64,000 nt of DNA from Sphingomonas sp. GTDB taxonomy: Bacteria > Pseudomonadota > Alphaproteobacteria > Sphingomonadales > Sphingomonadaceae. The DNA is taken from contig NZ_DATBDV010000006.1 in NCBI RefSeq assembly GCF_036269755.1, positions 489-64,488 on the forward strand, read 5' to 3'. A program made the position numbers and the translations under genes. Below are positions 24,853 through 36,400 of this stretch, piece after piece. The notes beneath the pieces were generated by a model that saw only the letters and a list, made by a program, of their open reading frames with translations, did not search any database and was not told where the DNA came from. The number at the start of each line of letters is the position of its first letter. Within the stretch, counting starts at the first letter, position 1.

Positions 24853-24937
24853 CCGCGCATTGTGCGCACAAGATGCTTAAAGCGCGCCTAAAGGTGAGGT
24901 CCGCCGGAGCGGATTCGGCGCGAAAAGCAGGCCTCAC

Positions 24938-24962
24938 GCAACATAGTCGAGCGCAATCCGTT
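24938..24962 (+). promoter_or_regulatory. Putative EcfG/SigT promoter (GCAAC-N16-CGTT)
   Basis: Matches the alphaproteobacterial general-stress promoter consensus with one substitution and correct spacing. Confidence 0.5.
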
Positions 24963-24990
24963 GGCGCTTGGTGCGACGATGGAGCGAACC

Positions 24991-25233
24991 ATGACCGGCG
25001 AAGACGACGGCATCCACCTTTACGGCACCCCCGACCCCGACAATCCGGGCCCACTCGCCGAAGGCGGGCTGCGCGGCGAGCGGACCGGCGATCGCGGCCC
25101 GGACCGCGCGCTCGAGGGCACGCCCGGCGGCAACGATCCCGAGAAGGTCGAGGATCGCCCCAATGTCAGCCAAGTGAAGCCCGGGGATTATCCCGCCGCG
25201 GACCGCGCGGAGTCGAGCCCCGACAAGGGCTGA
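24991..25233 (+). CDS. Small acidic, probably disordered hypothetical protein (80 aa)
   Basis: GGAG RBS 6 nt before the ATG; D/E/G/P-rich; downstream of the EcfG-like promoter. Confidence 0.65.
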   Translation: MTGEDDGIHLYGTPDPDNPGPLAEGGLRGERTGDRGPDRALEGTPGGNDPEKVEDRPNVSQVKPGDYPAADRAESSPDKG

Positions 25234-25325
25234 CCCTCGTCCGCCCATTTTAGCGAGATCGAAGCGAGACGCAGGCCTCGCGATCGGCCATAACCGCTCC
25301 AAAACCCGATAGGAGAGGCGCGGCG

Positions 25326-26486
25326 ATGGGGCATTTCGGTGATTACCAGAACGAGATCTACGGCGCCGGCTTGCGCGGCGTGCTGACCAAGCTGCCGGTG
25401 GACTTCGCCACGCTGGTCGAGCGCGCGACCGCGGCGATGCCCGGCCACGTGCTCAACTACGTCCAGGGCGGCTGCGGCGACGAATGGACTCAGGACAGCA
25501 ACGCCGCGGCGTTCCGCCATTGGGGCATGGTGCCGCGAATGATGGTCGGCACCACGCAACGCGACCTGTCGAACACGATTTTCGGCCACACCTATCACAG
25601 CCCGATCTTCATGAGCCCGATCGGCGTCACCGGCATGTGCTCGCAGGACCAGCATGGCGATATCGCGGCGGCGCAGGCGTCGGCGATGACCGGGGTGCCG
25701 ATGACGGTCTCGACGCTCGGCAACGACACGATGGAGGATGTGGCAACGCGCCTCGGTGACGTGCCCGGCTTCTTCCAACTCTATACCCCGCGCGACAAAA
25801 ATCTGGCCGAAAGCCTGATCCATCGCGCCGAGGCGGCGGGGTATCGCGCGCTGGTGGTGACGCTCGACACGTGGGTGACCGGCTGGCGCCCGCGCGACCT
25901 CAACGCCGGCAATTTCCCGCAGCTTCGTGGCCACGTGCTGACCAATTACTTTGCCGATCCTGTGTTCCAAAAGATGCTCGGCAAGGATCCGGCGTCGGCG
26001 CCCGCCGAAGCGACGATGCTATGGGCGTCGCAATTCGCGCGGCCGCTGACCTGGGACGACATGGCGTGGCTCAAGTCGGTGACGAAAATGCCGATCGTGC
26101 TCAAGGGCATCTGTCACCCCGACGACGCGAAGAAGGCGGTCGATCTCGGCGCCGATGCCTTGTTCTGCTCGAACCATGGCGGGCGTCAGGCCAATGGCGG
26201 GATCGCGGCGATCGACATGCTACCGGGCGTGGTCGCGGCGGCAGGGAACACGCCGGTGTGGTTCGACAGCGGCATCCGATCGGGCAGCGACGTGATCAAG
26301 GCGCTGGCGCTCGGTGCGAGCGCGGTCGGCGTCGGGCGCCCGTTCGTCTACGGCCTCGCGCTCGATGGCGCGGCGGGCGCGGCGCACGTGCTCAAGTGCA
26401 TCCTGGCGGAGGCGGACCTGATGATGGCGGTGAACGGGATGCCGACGCTGGCGGATGTGCGGAAGGCGGGGGCGGCGCGGGCGTAA
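25326..26486 (+). CDS. FMN-dependent alpha-hydroxy acid oxidase (lactate 2-monooxygenase-like)
   Basis: GWRPRDL, LKGI, SNHGGRQ, DSGIRSGSDVIKALALGA and GRPFVYGL motifs. Confidence 0.92.
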   Translation: MGHFGDYQNEIYGAGLRGVLTKLPVDFATLVERATAAMPGHVLNYVQGGCGDEWTQDSNAAAFRHWGMVPRMMVGTTQRDLSNTIFGHTYHSPIFMSPIGVTGMCSQDQHGDIAAAQASAMTGVPMTVSTLGNDTMEDVATRLGDVPGFFQLYTPRDKNLAESLIHRAEAAGYRALVVTLDTWVTGWRPRDLNAGNFPQLRGHVLTNYFADPVFQKMLGKDPASAPAEATMLWASQFARPLTWDDMAWLKSVTKMPIVLKGICHPDDAKKAVDLGADALFCSNHGGRQANGGIAAIDMLPGVVAAAGNTPVWFDSGIRSGSDVIKALALGASAVGVGRPFVYGLALDGAAGAAHVLKCILAEADLMMAVNGMPTLADVRKAGAARA

Positions 26487-26499
26487 AGGGGGGCGAAAA

Positions 26500-26712
26500 A
26501 TGACCGACAGTGACTCAACTCCACCGTCGAACGGTCGCTCACCATTCAATAGTCCAACTATATTATGGGCTGGCTTGGGGTTGGGGGCACTGCTTTTTGT
26601 TACGATGTGTAGTGGCAAGCGTCGAAGCGCGCCGACGACCGTCGCAGATTGCAAGTTCTCAGATGTTCAACCGGACTTGGACAAATTCGTAGCCGTTCTG
26701 CGGAACGAATGA
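26500..26712 (+). CDS. Small membrane-anchored hypothetical protein (70 aa), possibly the 5' half of a split gene
   Basis: One TM segment (ILWAGLGLGALLFVTMC); lower GC than the flanks; ATGA overlap with the next ORF. Confidence 0.45.
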   Translation: MTDSDSTPPSNGRSPFNSPTILWAGLGLGALLFVTMCSGKRRSAPTTVADCKFSDVQPDLDKFVAVLRNE

Positions 26713-27278
26713 CGACGCAGGATACGCGCGTATCCGCTTGCAACGATTTCGCCGACATCTTGAGCGGCACTAACCGCGATGCCGATATGACAATCATCTC
26801 CCTGCCCAGTAATGACAGCTGCAGTTTTTACGATTCCGAGAGCGCAAGGCGTTATCTCATTAAGCAGGCCGGTGGGATGCGTGCCGAAGCAGATCGGATT
26901 TGTGGTGCTGGGCTTGAACGCCGGATTGATGCAGGCAAACTCCGCACGGAATTCTCGGACATCGTGAAGAACGCGAACGCTGGCGAAGCTGCGCGGCGTA
27001 TAGGCAATCGTATGGCGTTGTTCGCGCCTGATATCGACCTGAGGCGCTGCATCGAAACGGCGGGCATTCGCGATGAACCAGCCGTGATGACCCAGCCGTT
27101 CAACCAGATTGTCCCGTCGTGCGAACTGATGCTGGGTCTGCCCGCTCAATCACCTGAGCAGCGATGGCGTATCCCCTCAGTCGATGAGCCTATCGCTAAC
27201 GGAATTGGCGCCGCCTCCAATTCTGCTGACAACGCTGCTTCGGACGCACCGTCGGAGGACGAGAGCAACGAACTGTAG
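26709..27278 (+). CDS. Cys-containing hypothetical protein with acidic low-complexity tail
   Basis: 189-aa ORF in a lower-GC patch; no recognisable family motif. Confidence 0.55.
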   Translation: MTTQDTRVSACNDFADILSGTNRDADMTIISLPSNDSCSFYDSESARRYLIKQAGGMRAEADRICGAGLERRIDAGKLRTEFSDIVKNANAGEAARRIGNRMALFAPDIDLRRCIETAGIRDEPAVMTQPFNQIVPSCELMLGLPAQSPEQRWRIPSVDEPIANGIGAASNSADNAASDAPSEDESNEL

Positions 27279-27304
27279 CGGCTAATCTGCGCGCTATCCG
27301 CCGT

Positions 27305-27583
27305 TTAGCGCCGCCGTTTGCCGCGGCCGCCGGTCATCAGATCGGGCTTTCGCGGCGGCTTCCACCCCTTCGGCGGCGTCATGCGTTGCTGGCTGGTGCC
27401 GAGGCCCATCTTGCCGGGCTGCTGGCGATCGATCCCCGACGTGTCGCTCGCTTCGGCTTCGGCGAGCGTGGCGCCGCCGCGCATCAGGTTGAGCTGGTCG
27501 CGCAGGCGCTTGGCCAGCTCGAAGTCGAGGGCTGCGGCGGCGGCTTCCATGCGCAGGCGGATGGCTTCGATGTCGCTGGTCAT
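27305..27583 (-). CDS. Small UvrB/UvrC (UVR) motif protein
   Basis: MEAAAAALDFELAKRLRDQL is the UVR coiled-coil motif; followed by a basic tail. Confidence 0.8.
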   Translation of the reverse strand: MTSDIEAIRLRMEAAAAALDFELAKRLRDQLNLMRGGATLAEAEASDTSGIDRQQPGKMGLGTSQQRMTPPKGWKPPRKPDLMTGGRGKRRR

Positions 27584-27680
27584 GGGTGCGAAACGCGCAA
27601 CCATGCGGGTAGGCTCAATATGGCCCATTTGCGATCGAAGCCGATGGCGAACGCCCACTATCACCACCGCCGCAGGGCAG

Positions 27681-27709
27681 CGTGATAGTGTGACCTTGGT
27701 GTGACCTTT
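27681..27709 (+). repeat. Dispersed intergenic element, copy 1 (tandem GTGTGACC)
   Basis: CGTGATAGTGTGACC-ttg-GTGTGACCTTT; a near-identical copy lies at 44190..44219 in the opposite orientation. Confidence 0.7.
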
Positions 27710-27745
27710 GGCCCGCGCGATCGTGCGAAACCGGGCGAATTTCGG

Positions 27746-28642
27746 CTAGGCGGCGGGTGCCGTGGCCTTGCGCGCGACTTGCTCGAACGCGTCGAGGACT
27801 TGGGGGATCAGCGGCTCAGGCAGGTTGTGCCCCATGCCGGGGATCTCGACGATCTTCGCGCCCGGGATCGTCTCGGCGGTATCTCGGCCGCCGGCGAGCG
27901 GCACGAGCGGGTCGTCGACGCCGTGGATCACCATCGTCGGCGCGGTGATGCCGCGGAGCGCTTCGCGGCGATCGCCGCTGCCGACGATCGCCGCCATCTG
28001 GCGCGCGATGCCGGGCGGATAGTGCATCCGGCGGAAGCTGGCGCGGACTCGCTCGCTCAGCTCGGCTTCGTCAGCGGGGTAACCGGGACTGCCGATCACC
28101 TTTTCGGCGCGGACGCCGTGTGCGACCATCGATTCCTCGTCGCTGCTCGTCGGGCGCTGGGTCAGCACCGCCATCGCTTCGCGCGTCGCCGAGGGCAGCG
28201 CAGGGTTGCCGGTGGTCGACATGATCGAAGTCAGCGACAGCACGCGCTCTGGATAGGCCGCCGCGACCATCTGCGCGATCATTCCGCCCATCGACGCGCC
28301 CATGATGTGTGCCTTGGCGATGCGGAGCGCGTCGAGCAGCCCGATCGCGTCGGCCGCCATGTCCCCGATCAGATAGGGCACGTCCGGCTTCGCGCCCATC
28401 ATCATCTCACCGATGATCGCGGCCATCGCCGGCGCTTGCTCGTGGTCGAACTTGGTCGACAGCCCGACATCGCGATTGTCGTAACGGATCGCGCGATAGC
28501 CGCGCGCCACCAGCTGATCGACCATCGGCATCGGCCACAGGGTCAGCTGCGCGCCGAGCCCCATGATGAGAAGCACAGGCGGCGAGTCCTTGTCGCCATA
28601 ATCCTCAAACTCGATCTCAATGCCGTTCGCCTGAGCTTTCAT
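27746..28642 (-). CDS. Alpha/beta hydrolase (esterase-like)
   Basis: LLIMGLGAQL, DNRDVGLS, GASMGG and IHGVDDPLV motifs. Confidence 0.9.
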   Translation of the reverse strand: MKAQANGIEIEFEDYGDKDSPPVLLIMGLGAQLTLWPMPMVDQLVARGYRAIRYDNRDVGLSTKFDHEQAPAMAAIIGEMMMGAKPDVPYLIGDMAADAIGLLDALRIAKAHIMGASMGGMIAQMVAAAYPERVLSLTSIMSTTGNPALPSATREAMAVLTQRPTSSDEESMVAHGVRAEKVIGSPGYPADEAELSERVRASFRRMHYPPGIARQMAAIVGSGDRREALRGITAPTMVIHGVDDPLVPLAGGRDTAETIPGAKIVEIPGMGHNLPEPLIPQVLDAFEQVARKATAPAA

Positions 28643-28719
28643 GCGCGTCTCCTTTGTCGTCGGCCACGTTCGCAGGGCGGCGGCTTGTCGGCAAGCCCGG
28701 TCAGGGGCAGGGTGCGGCG

Positions 28720-28983
28720 ATGGACCTCGACGATCAGCTCCGCCGCTATTTCGGGGCCACTGACCTCGCTTCGCTGTCGCCCGGCGGGCTGGCGGCGGGG
28801 ACCGAGCGGATGCGGGTCGAGTTCGGCATGACCAAGGATCGCGGGCGGCGGTTCGCATTATGGGCGCTGATGCACATGCTCGGCGTCGCGCCCGACCTCG
28901 ACGTGGCGTTCGAGGACGAGGCGGACCGCGATGCCGCGCGCGACTTCATGGACCTGAGCGCGGCGAGTAAATCCTGCCCGTGA
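28720..28983 (+). CDS. Small hypothetical protein
   Basis: 87-aa ORF with typical codon usage, convergent with nadE. Confidence 0.65.
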   Translation: MDLDDQLRRYFGATDLASLSPGGLAAGTERMRVEFGMTKDRGRRFALWALMHMLGVAPDLDVAFEDEADRDAARDFMDLSAASKSCP

Positions 28984-28993
28984 ACGGGGAGGA

Positions 28994-28994
<1 letters not shown>
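28971..28994. terminator. Hairpin between convergent genes
   Basis: ATCCTGCCCG-tgaa-CGGGGAGGAT. Confidence 0.4.
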
Positions 28995-31045
<2,051 letters not shown>

Positions 31046-31131
31046 GCCGCGCATTTAGCGGGGTTTCGCGACAGGCGCTATCCGCACGGTGGAACGGCGG
31101 GACGAAAGAAAGGCTTGCGCAGCGCGATTGA

Positions 31132-31146
31132 GAACATATCATGAAC
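31132..31146. promoter_or_regulatory. Alphaproteobacterial LexA (SOS) box
   Basis: GAAC-atatcat-GAAC (GAAC-N7-GAAC), 5 nt upstream of the imuA ATG. Confidence 0.9.
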
Positions 31147-31151
31147 ACGTA

Positions 31152-31916
31152 ATGTCCGAGTCGGTTGCCTCGCTCAGCAAGTTGCGACGGCGGCTGGCGC
31201 GTTTGGAGCGCGCCGCGCCGCGCGAGGTCGTGCGGTTCGCGACCGGGTGCGAAGTCGTCGATGCATGGCTCGATGGCGGGCTGTGCCGCGGGCGGCTGCA
31301 CGAGGTCGTCGCTAGCGAGAGCGGCGATGCGGGCGCAGCGGCGGGGTTCGGTGCCTTGCTGGCGTTGCGCGCGGGCGAGGGAAAGCCGCTGTTGTGGCTT
31401 CGCACCGAGGGGGGCGAACGGCAGGGGGGCAAGCTCCACGCCGGCGGCCTTGTCGAGCTGGGGTTCGACGGCGGCGCGGTGATGCTCGGGCTGGTCGCCG
31501 ACGATGCCGCGTTACTCAAGGCGGCGAACGACGCGGCGCGATGCGCTGGGTTGGGGGCGTTGCTGATCGAATGCTGGGGCGATCCCAAGCCGCTCGACCT
31601 CACTGCGACTCGGCGGCTGATGCTGGCGGCCGAAGCGTCGGGGGTGACGGTGCTGTTGTTGCGAATCGCCGCAGCCGAAGCGCCGAGCGTCGCCGACACG
31701 CGCTGGCGGGTGGCGTCGGCACCGTCGGTGCCGCTCGCCGATGGCAGCGCGGCCGGGGCGCCGGGCGATCCGGCGTTCGACGTGGAATTGTTGCGCCGTC
31801 GCGCCGGGCCTGCCGGCGCCAAGTGGCGCGTGGAGTGGAATCGTGAACGACGTGCCTTCCAGGAACCAGCCGCCGCGCCGTTACCTGGCGCTGTACTTCC
31901 CGTGGCTGCCCACTGA
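31152..31916 (+). CDS. imuA: ImuA, RecA-like SOS mutagenesis protein
   Basis: DAWLDGGLCRGRLHEV and LDLTATRRLMLAAE; first gene of the imuA-imuB-dnaE2 cassette. Confidence 0.9.
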   Translation: MSESVASLSKLRRRLARLERAAPREVVRFATGCEVVDAWLDGGLCRGRLHEVVASESGDAGAAAGFGALLALRAGEGKPLLWLRTEGGERQGGKLHAGGLVELGFDGGAVMLGLVADDAALLKAANDAARCAGLGALLIECWGDPKPLDLTATRRLMLAAEASGVTVLLLRIAAAEAPSVADTRWRVASAPSVPLADGSAAGAPGDPAFDVELLRRRAGPAGAKWRVEWNRERRAFQEPAAAPLPGAVLPVAAH

Positions 31917-33402
31917 GCGGCTGCGGATCGCGCGCGCGCATCTGTTCGCGGGCGCGGGGCGCGATGTGCCCTATGCGGTGGTGGAGAAGGTCAAAGGCGC
32001 GCAGCGGCTGTACGCGGTCGATCCGGCGGCGGCGCGATCGGGAATCGAGCCCGGCATGCCTCTCGCCGATGCGCGTGCGCGGGTGCCCGAGCTCGCGGCG
32101 TTCGATCATGCGCCATACGAGGATCATCGCTGGCTCGAGCGGCTCGCCGATGGCTGCACGCGGTACACGCCCTGGGTGATGCTCGATACGCCCGACGGGC
32201 TGGTGCTCGACGTGACCGGCTGCGTGCATTTGTTCGGCAGCGAGGCGGCGCTGGTGGCGGATGCCGTCACCCGGCTCGAACGTCTCGGTGTGGCGGCGGC
32301 ACATGCCTTTGCCGATAACCCCGATGCGGCACGCGCGCTGGCGCGGTGGCGGGTGAGCGGAGCAAACGAGGAGGAAGCGATTCGCCGGCTGCCGGTCGCG
32401 GCGCTGGGGCTCGACGACCAGGCGACGCTGGCGCTGAAGCGCGCTGGATTGAAGACGGTGGGCGATGTCGTGGTGCGGCCGTCGTCGGCGATCGCCGCGC
32501 GCTTCGGCGGCGATGCGGCGGCTCGCGTTCGGCGGATCATCGGCGAGACAGACAGCCCGCTCGCCCCGCGCACCGTCAAGCCGCCACTACATGTCGAGCG
32601 CCGCTTCGCCGAGCCGGTCGCGCGCACCGAATTCGCGCTGGAAGTGGTCGGCGAATTGATGGCCGAGGCTGTCTTCCAGCTCGAGCAAAGCCACGAAGGC
32701 GGGCGCCGGTTCGAAGCGCGCTTCTTCCGCACCGATGGATTGGTCCAGCGGCTCGCGATCGAAACCGGGCGGCCGAGCCGCGATGTCGCCGCGGTGCTGC
32801 GGCTGTTCCGCGAACGGATCGACGCACTGGCCGATCCGATCGATCCCGGCTTTGGGTTCGACCTGATCCGGCTCGATATTCCAATTGCCGAGCGGCTCGA
32901 TGCGGCGCAATTGAAGCTCGAAGGCGGAGCGGTCGCCGAGGCCGAGCTGGCGGCGCTGATCGACCGGCTGTCGACTCGATTGGGCCGCGGACGGGTGCGC
33001 CGCTTCGTCCCACGCGACAGGCATTTGCCCGAACAAGCCGAGTTCATGCTCCCCGCGGTCGAGCCGGTACCGGCGGGCGAGTGGCCGACACCCGAGCCGG
33101 GCGAGCCGCCGTTGCGCCCGATCCACCTGTTCGACCCGCCGCAGCGAATCGAACAGGTCATCGCCGGCATTCCCGACGGCCCCCCAGCACGTTTCCGCTG
33201 GCGCCGCATGCTTCATGACGTTGCACGTGCCGAAGGCCCCGAACGGATCGCCGCCCCATGGTGGACCAAGCGCGAAGCCCCAACGCGCGATTATTACCGC
33301 GTCGAGGATCGGCGCGGGCGGCGACTGTGGATCTTCCGCCATGGCCTGTTCGAAGACGGCAAATCCGCGCCTGCCTGGTACGTCCACGGAATATTCGCAT
33401 GA
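31843..33402 (+). CDS. imuB: ImuB, Y-family polymerase-like protein (start approximate)
   Basis: RYLALYFPWL, DGLVLDVTGC, RPIHLFDPPQ and GPERIAAPWW..RDYYRVED motifs. Confidence 0.92.
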   Translation: MNDVPSRNQPPRRYLALYFPWLPTERLRIARAHLFAGAGRDVPYAVVEKVKGAQRLYAVDPAAARSGIEPGMPLADARARVPELAAFDHAPYEDHRWLERLADGCTRYTPWVMLDTPDGLVLDVTGCVHLFGSEAALVADAVTRLERLGVAAAHAFADNPDAARALARWRVSGANEEEAIRRLPVAALGLDDQATLALKRAGLKTVGDVVVRPSSAIAARFGGDAAARVRRIIGETDSPLAPRTVKPPLHVERRFAEPVARTEFALEVVGELMAEAVFQLEQSHEGGRRFEARFFRTDGLVQRLAIETGRPSRDVAAVLRLFRERIDALADPIDPGFGFDLIRLDIPIAERLDAAQLKLEGGAVAEAELAALIDRLSTRLGRGRVRRFVPRDRHLPEQAEFMLPAVEPVPAGEWPTPEPGEPPLRPIHLFDPPQRIEQVIAGIPDGPPARFRWRRMLHDVARAEGPERIAAPWWTKREAPTRDYYRVEDRRGRRLWIFRHGLFEDGKSAPAWYVHGIFA

Positions 33403-36400
33403 CCGGTTTCGCCGAGCTGGTCGCGGCGACCAATTATTCGTTCCTGCGCGGCGCGTCGCATCCCAGCGACATGGTCGGCGAGGCGATCCGGCTGAAGATG
33501 CGAGGAATTGGTATCGCCGACCGCAACACCGTCGCAGGCGTGGTGCGGGCGCATGTCGCGCTTAAGCAAGCGCGTGAGAAATGCAGCGAAGATTGGGCCA
33601 AAGCGCGCGCCAAGCACGAAGCCGATCGGCCGTGGGAGCCCTTCCCACCGCCTCCCGAATTGCCCGAGCCCGATCTCCATTTCCGCCTGGTGGTAGGCGC
33701 ACGTTTGGTTTTCCGCGACGGCACCCCGGACATCGTCGCCTATCCCGCGACGCGCTACGGCTGGGGCCGGCTGACTCGATTGCTCACGGCTGGCAACCGC
33801 CGCGCGGCGAAGGGGGGATGCCTGCTCGATCTCGGCGACCTGATCGCGCACCATCAGGATTTGCTGCTGATCCTGCTGACGGAAAGCACATTCGATGCCG
33901 CGGAAGTCGAGCAACTAGCGGAGAAGCGGCGGGTCGCCGAGGAGCAGGATCGCGGATTTCTGCAACTGGGGGAGGAAGAAGCGGGCGAGAGCAACGTCGT
34001 CCAATTCCCAGCACGTCATGCTGGGCCTGTTTCGGCACCCGCCGTTCCAGAGGCCACAGCTCAAGTGGTGCAATGGACCCCGGAACAGGGTCGCGGCGAT
34101 GTTGGAATCGAAGGAATCCTGGGCCGTCTCAAACGTATCGTTGGCGATCGTCTCTGGCTCGGAATCACGATGCCGCACGGCGGACGGGACAATCGACAGG
34201 TTCGCGATCTCGCGAATATTGCGAGGACGGCGGGCGTGCCGCTGCTGGCCACCAACGACGCGCTCTACGCCTCGTCCAAACAGCGCCCGCTTCACGATGT
34301 CGTCACTTGCATCCGCAAAGGCACGACCGTGAAGGCCGCGGGTCGGCTGCTCGAAGCCAATGCCGAGCGGCATTTGAAGCACCCCGACGAAATGGCGCGG
34401 CTGTTCCGCCGCTATCCGCAGGCGATCGCCGAAACCGAACGACTGCTCGCGCGGATCGATTTCACGCTCGACCAACTCAGCTACGAATATCCCCACGAGC
34501 CCGTGCCCGATGGGTGGGAGGCGCAGGATTGGCTGGAGCATCTGGTCATGGAGGCCGCGCACAAACGATATGATGGCACGATTCCAGTCAAAGCGAAGGC
34601 GCTGATCCAGGAGGAGTTCGCCCTCATCCGCCAGCGTAAATACGCTTATTATTTCCTCACCGTGCACGACATCGTTCGCTTTGCGCGAAGCTGCGAGCCG
34701 CCGATCCTGTGCCAGGGACGCGGATCGGCCGCCAATTCGATCGTCTGTTGGCTCCTCGACGTGACCTCGGTCGATCCGGTCAAGCACGACCTGTTATTCT
34801 CGCGCTTCGTGTCCAGCGAGCGAAACGAGCCTCCCGATATCGACGTCGATTTCGAACATGAGCGTCGCGAAGAGGTGATGCAGTACATCTACAAACGCTA
34901 CGGCCGTCACCGCGCCGCGATCGCCGCTACCGTCATTCACTATAGGTCGCGCAGCACGTTGCGCGAGGTAGGTAAGGCATTGGGAATGAGCGAGGATGTC
35001 ACGTCTCGTCTCGCCGGTACGATTTGGGGAAGCTATTCCAGCAAGGTGGAGGAAGATCGTTTCACCCAGGCCGGCTTCACGCTCGACAATCCGGAGATTG
35101 CGCAGCTCAAGACGCTGGTCGATCAGTTGGTCGAATTTCCCCGGCACCTCTCACAGCATGTCGGCGGGTTCGTGCTGACCCAGAATCCGCTGATCGAGAC
35201 GGTGCCGTTGCACAATGCCGCTATGAAGGATCGCACCTTCATCGAATGGGACAAGGACGATATCGATGCGCTGAAATTGATGAAGGTCGACATTCTCGCG
35301 CTTGGGATGCTGTCGTGCATCCGCAAAGCATTCGATCTGATCGATCAGCACACGTCGGTTCGGCCCGAGCTAGGGACGCTTGCAACCGACGAGAATCCGA
35401 TCGTCTACGAAATGCTTTGCCAAGCGGACAGCCTGGGCTTGTTCCAGGTCGAAAGCCGCGCGCAGATGAGCATGCTGCCACGGCTCAAGCCGGAAAAGTT
35501 CTACGATCTCGTCGTGCAGGTGGCCATCGTTCGGCCGGGTCCGATCCAGGGCAATATGGTGCACCCTTATCTGCGACGCCGCGCCAAAAAAGAGAGGGTT
35601 CGCTTCCCCAAGCCATCTTCCGAATTCGGACCACCCGATGAGCTGGTCAACGTGCTCGGCAAGACCGAAGGCGTGCCGCTGTTTCAGGAACAGGCAATGA
35701 AGCTGGCCATCGTCGCGGCGGACTTCTCGCCGGACGATGCCAACCGTTTGCGGCGCGCAATGGCCACGTTTCGTAACGTCGGGACGATCCAGAATCTCGA
35801 AACCAAGATGGTCGAGGGCATGGTGAGGCGGGGTTATGATCGCGACTTCGCGCAACGCTGTTACGATCAGATCAAGGGGTTCGGCAGTTACGGCTTTCCT
35901 GAAAGCCATGCTCTATCATTCGCGCGGCTGGTGTACGTCTCGGCTTGGTTGAAATGTTTTCATCCCGCGGTGTTCGCCTGCGCGCTACTCAATTCGCAAC
36001 CGATGGGATTCTACGCGCCGGCGCAGATCGTCCGCGACACGTTCGAGCATGGCGTCGCCATCCTGCCGATCGACGTTAACGCAAGCGATTGGGACAACGG
36101 GCTGGAGGCGTGCGACGACGCGCCAGAACCGTTGCCACGCTGGATCAAGCGGGATCGCCGTGATGCTGGCCTCGCACTCCGATTGGGCTTCCGCCAGATC
36201 GACGGCTTTCGTGAGGAATGGGCGAAGGATCTCGTAAAGGCTCGCGGCCAAACACGCTTCGCCTCGATCGAGGAGTTCGCGCGCCGCGCCAATCTCCCTT
36301 CGCGGGCGCTGCGCTTGCTGGCGGACGCCGATGCCTGGGGATCGATCGGCAAGGGGCGGCGCGATGCCTTGTGGGAGGTGCGGCGGACGCCGTCGGGTGA

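Noticed and set aside
24991-25233. Possible second RiPP precursor
   Set aside because: No W/YxxPxL leader motif or leader-core organisation, 12 kb from the enzymes, and has a stress-type promoter.
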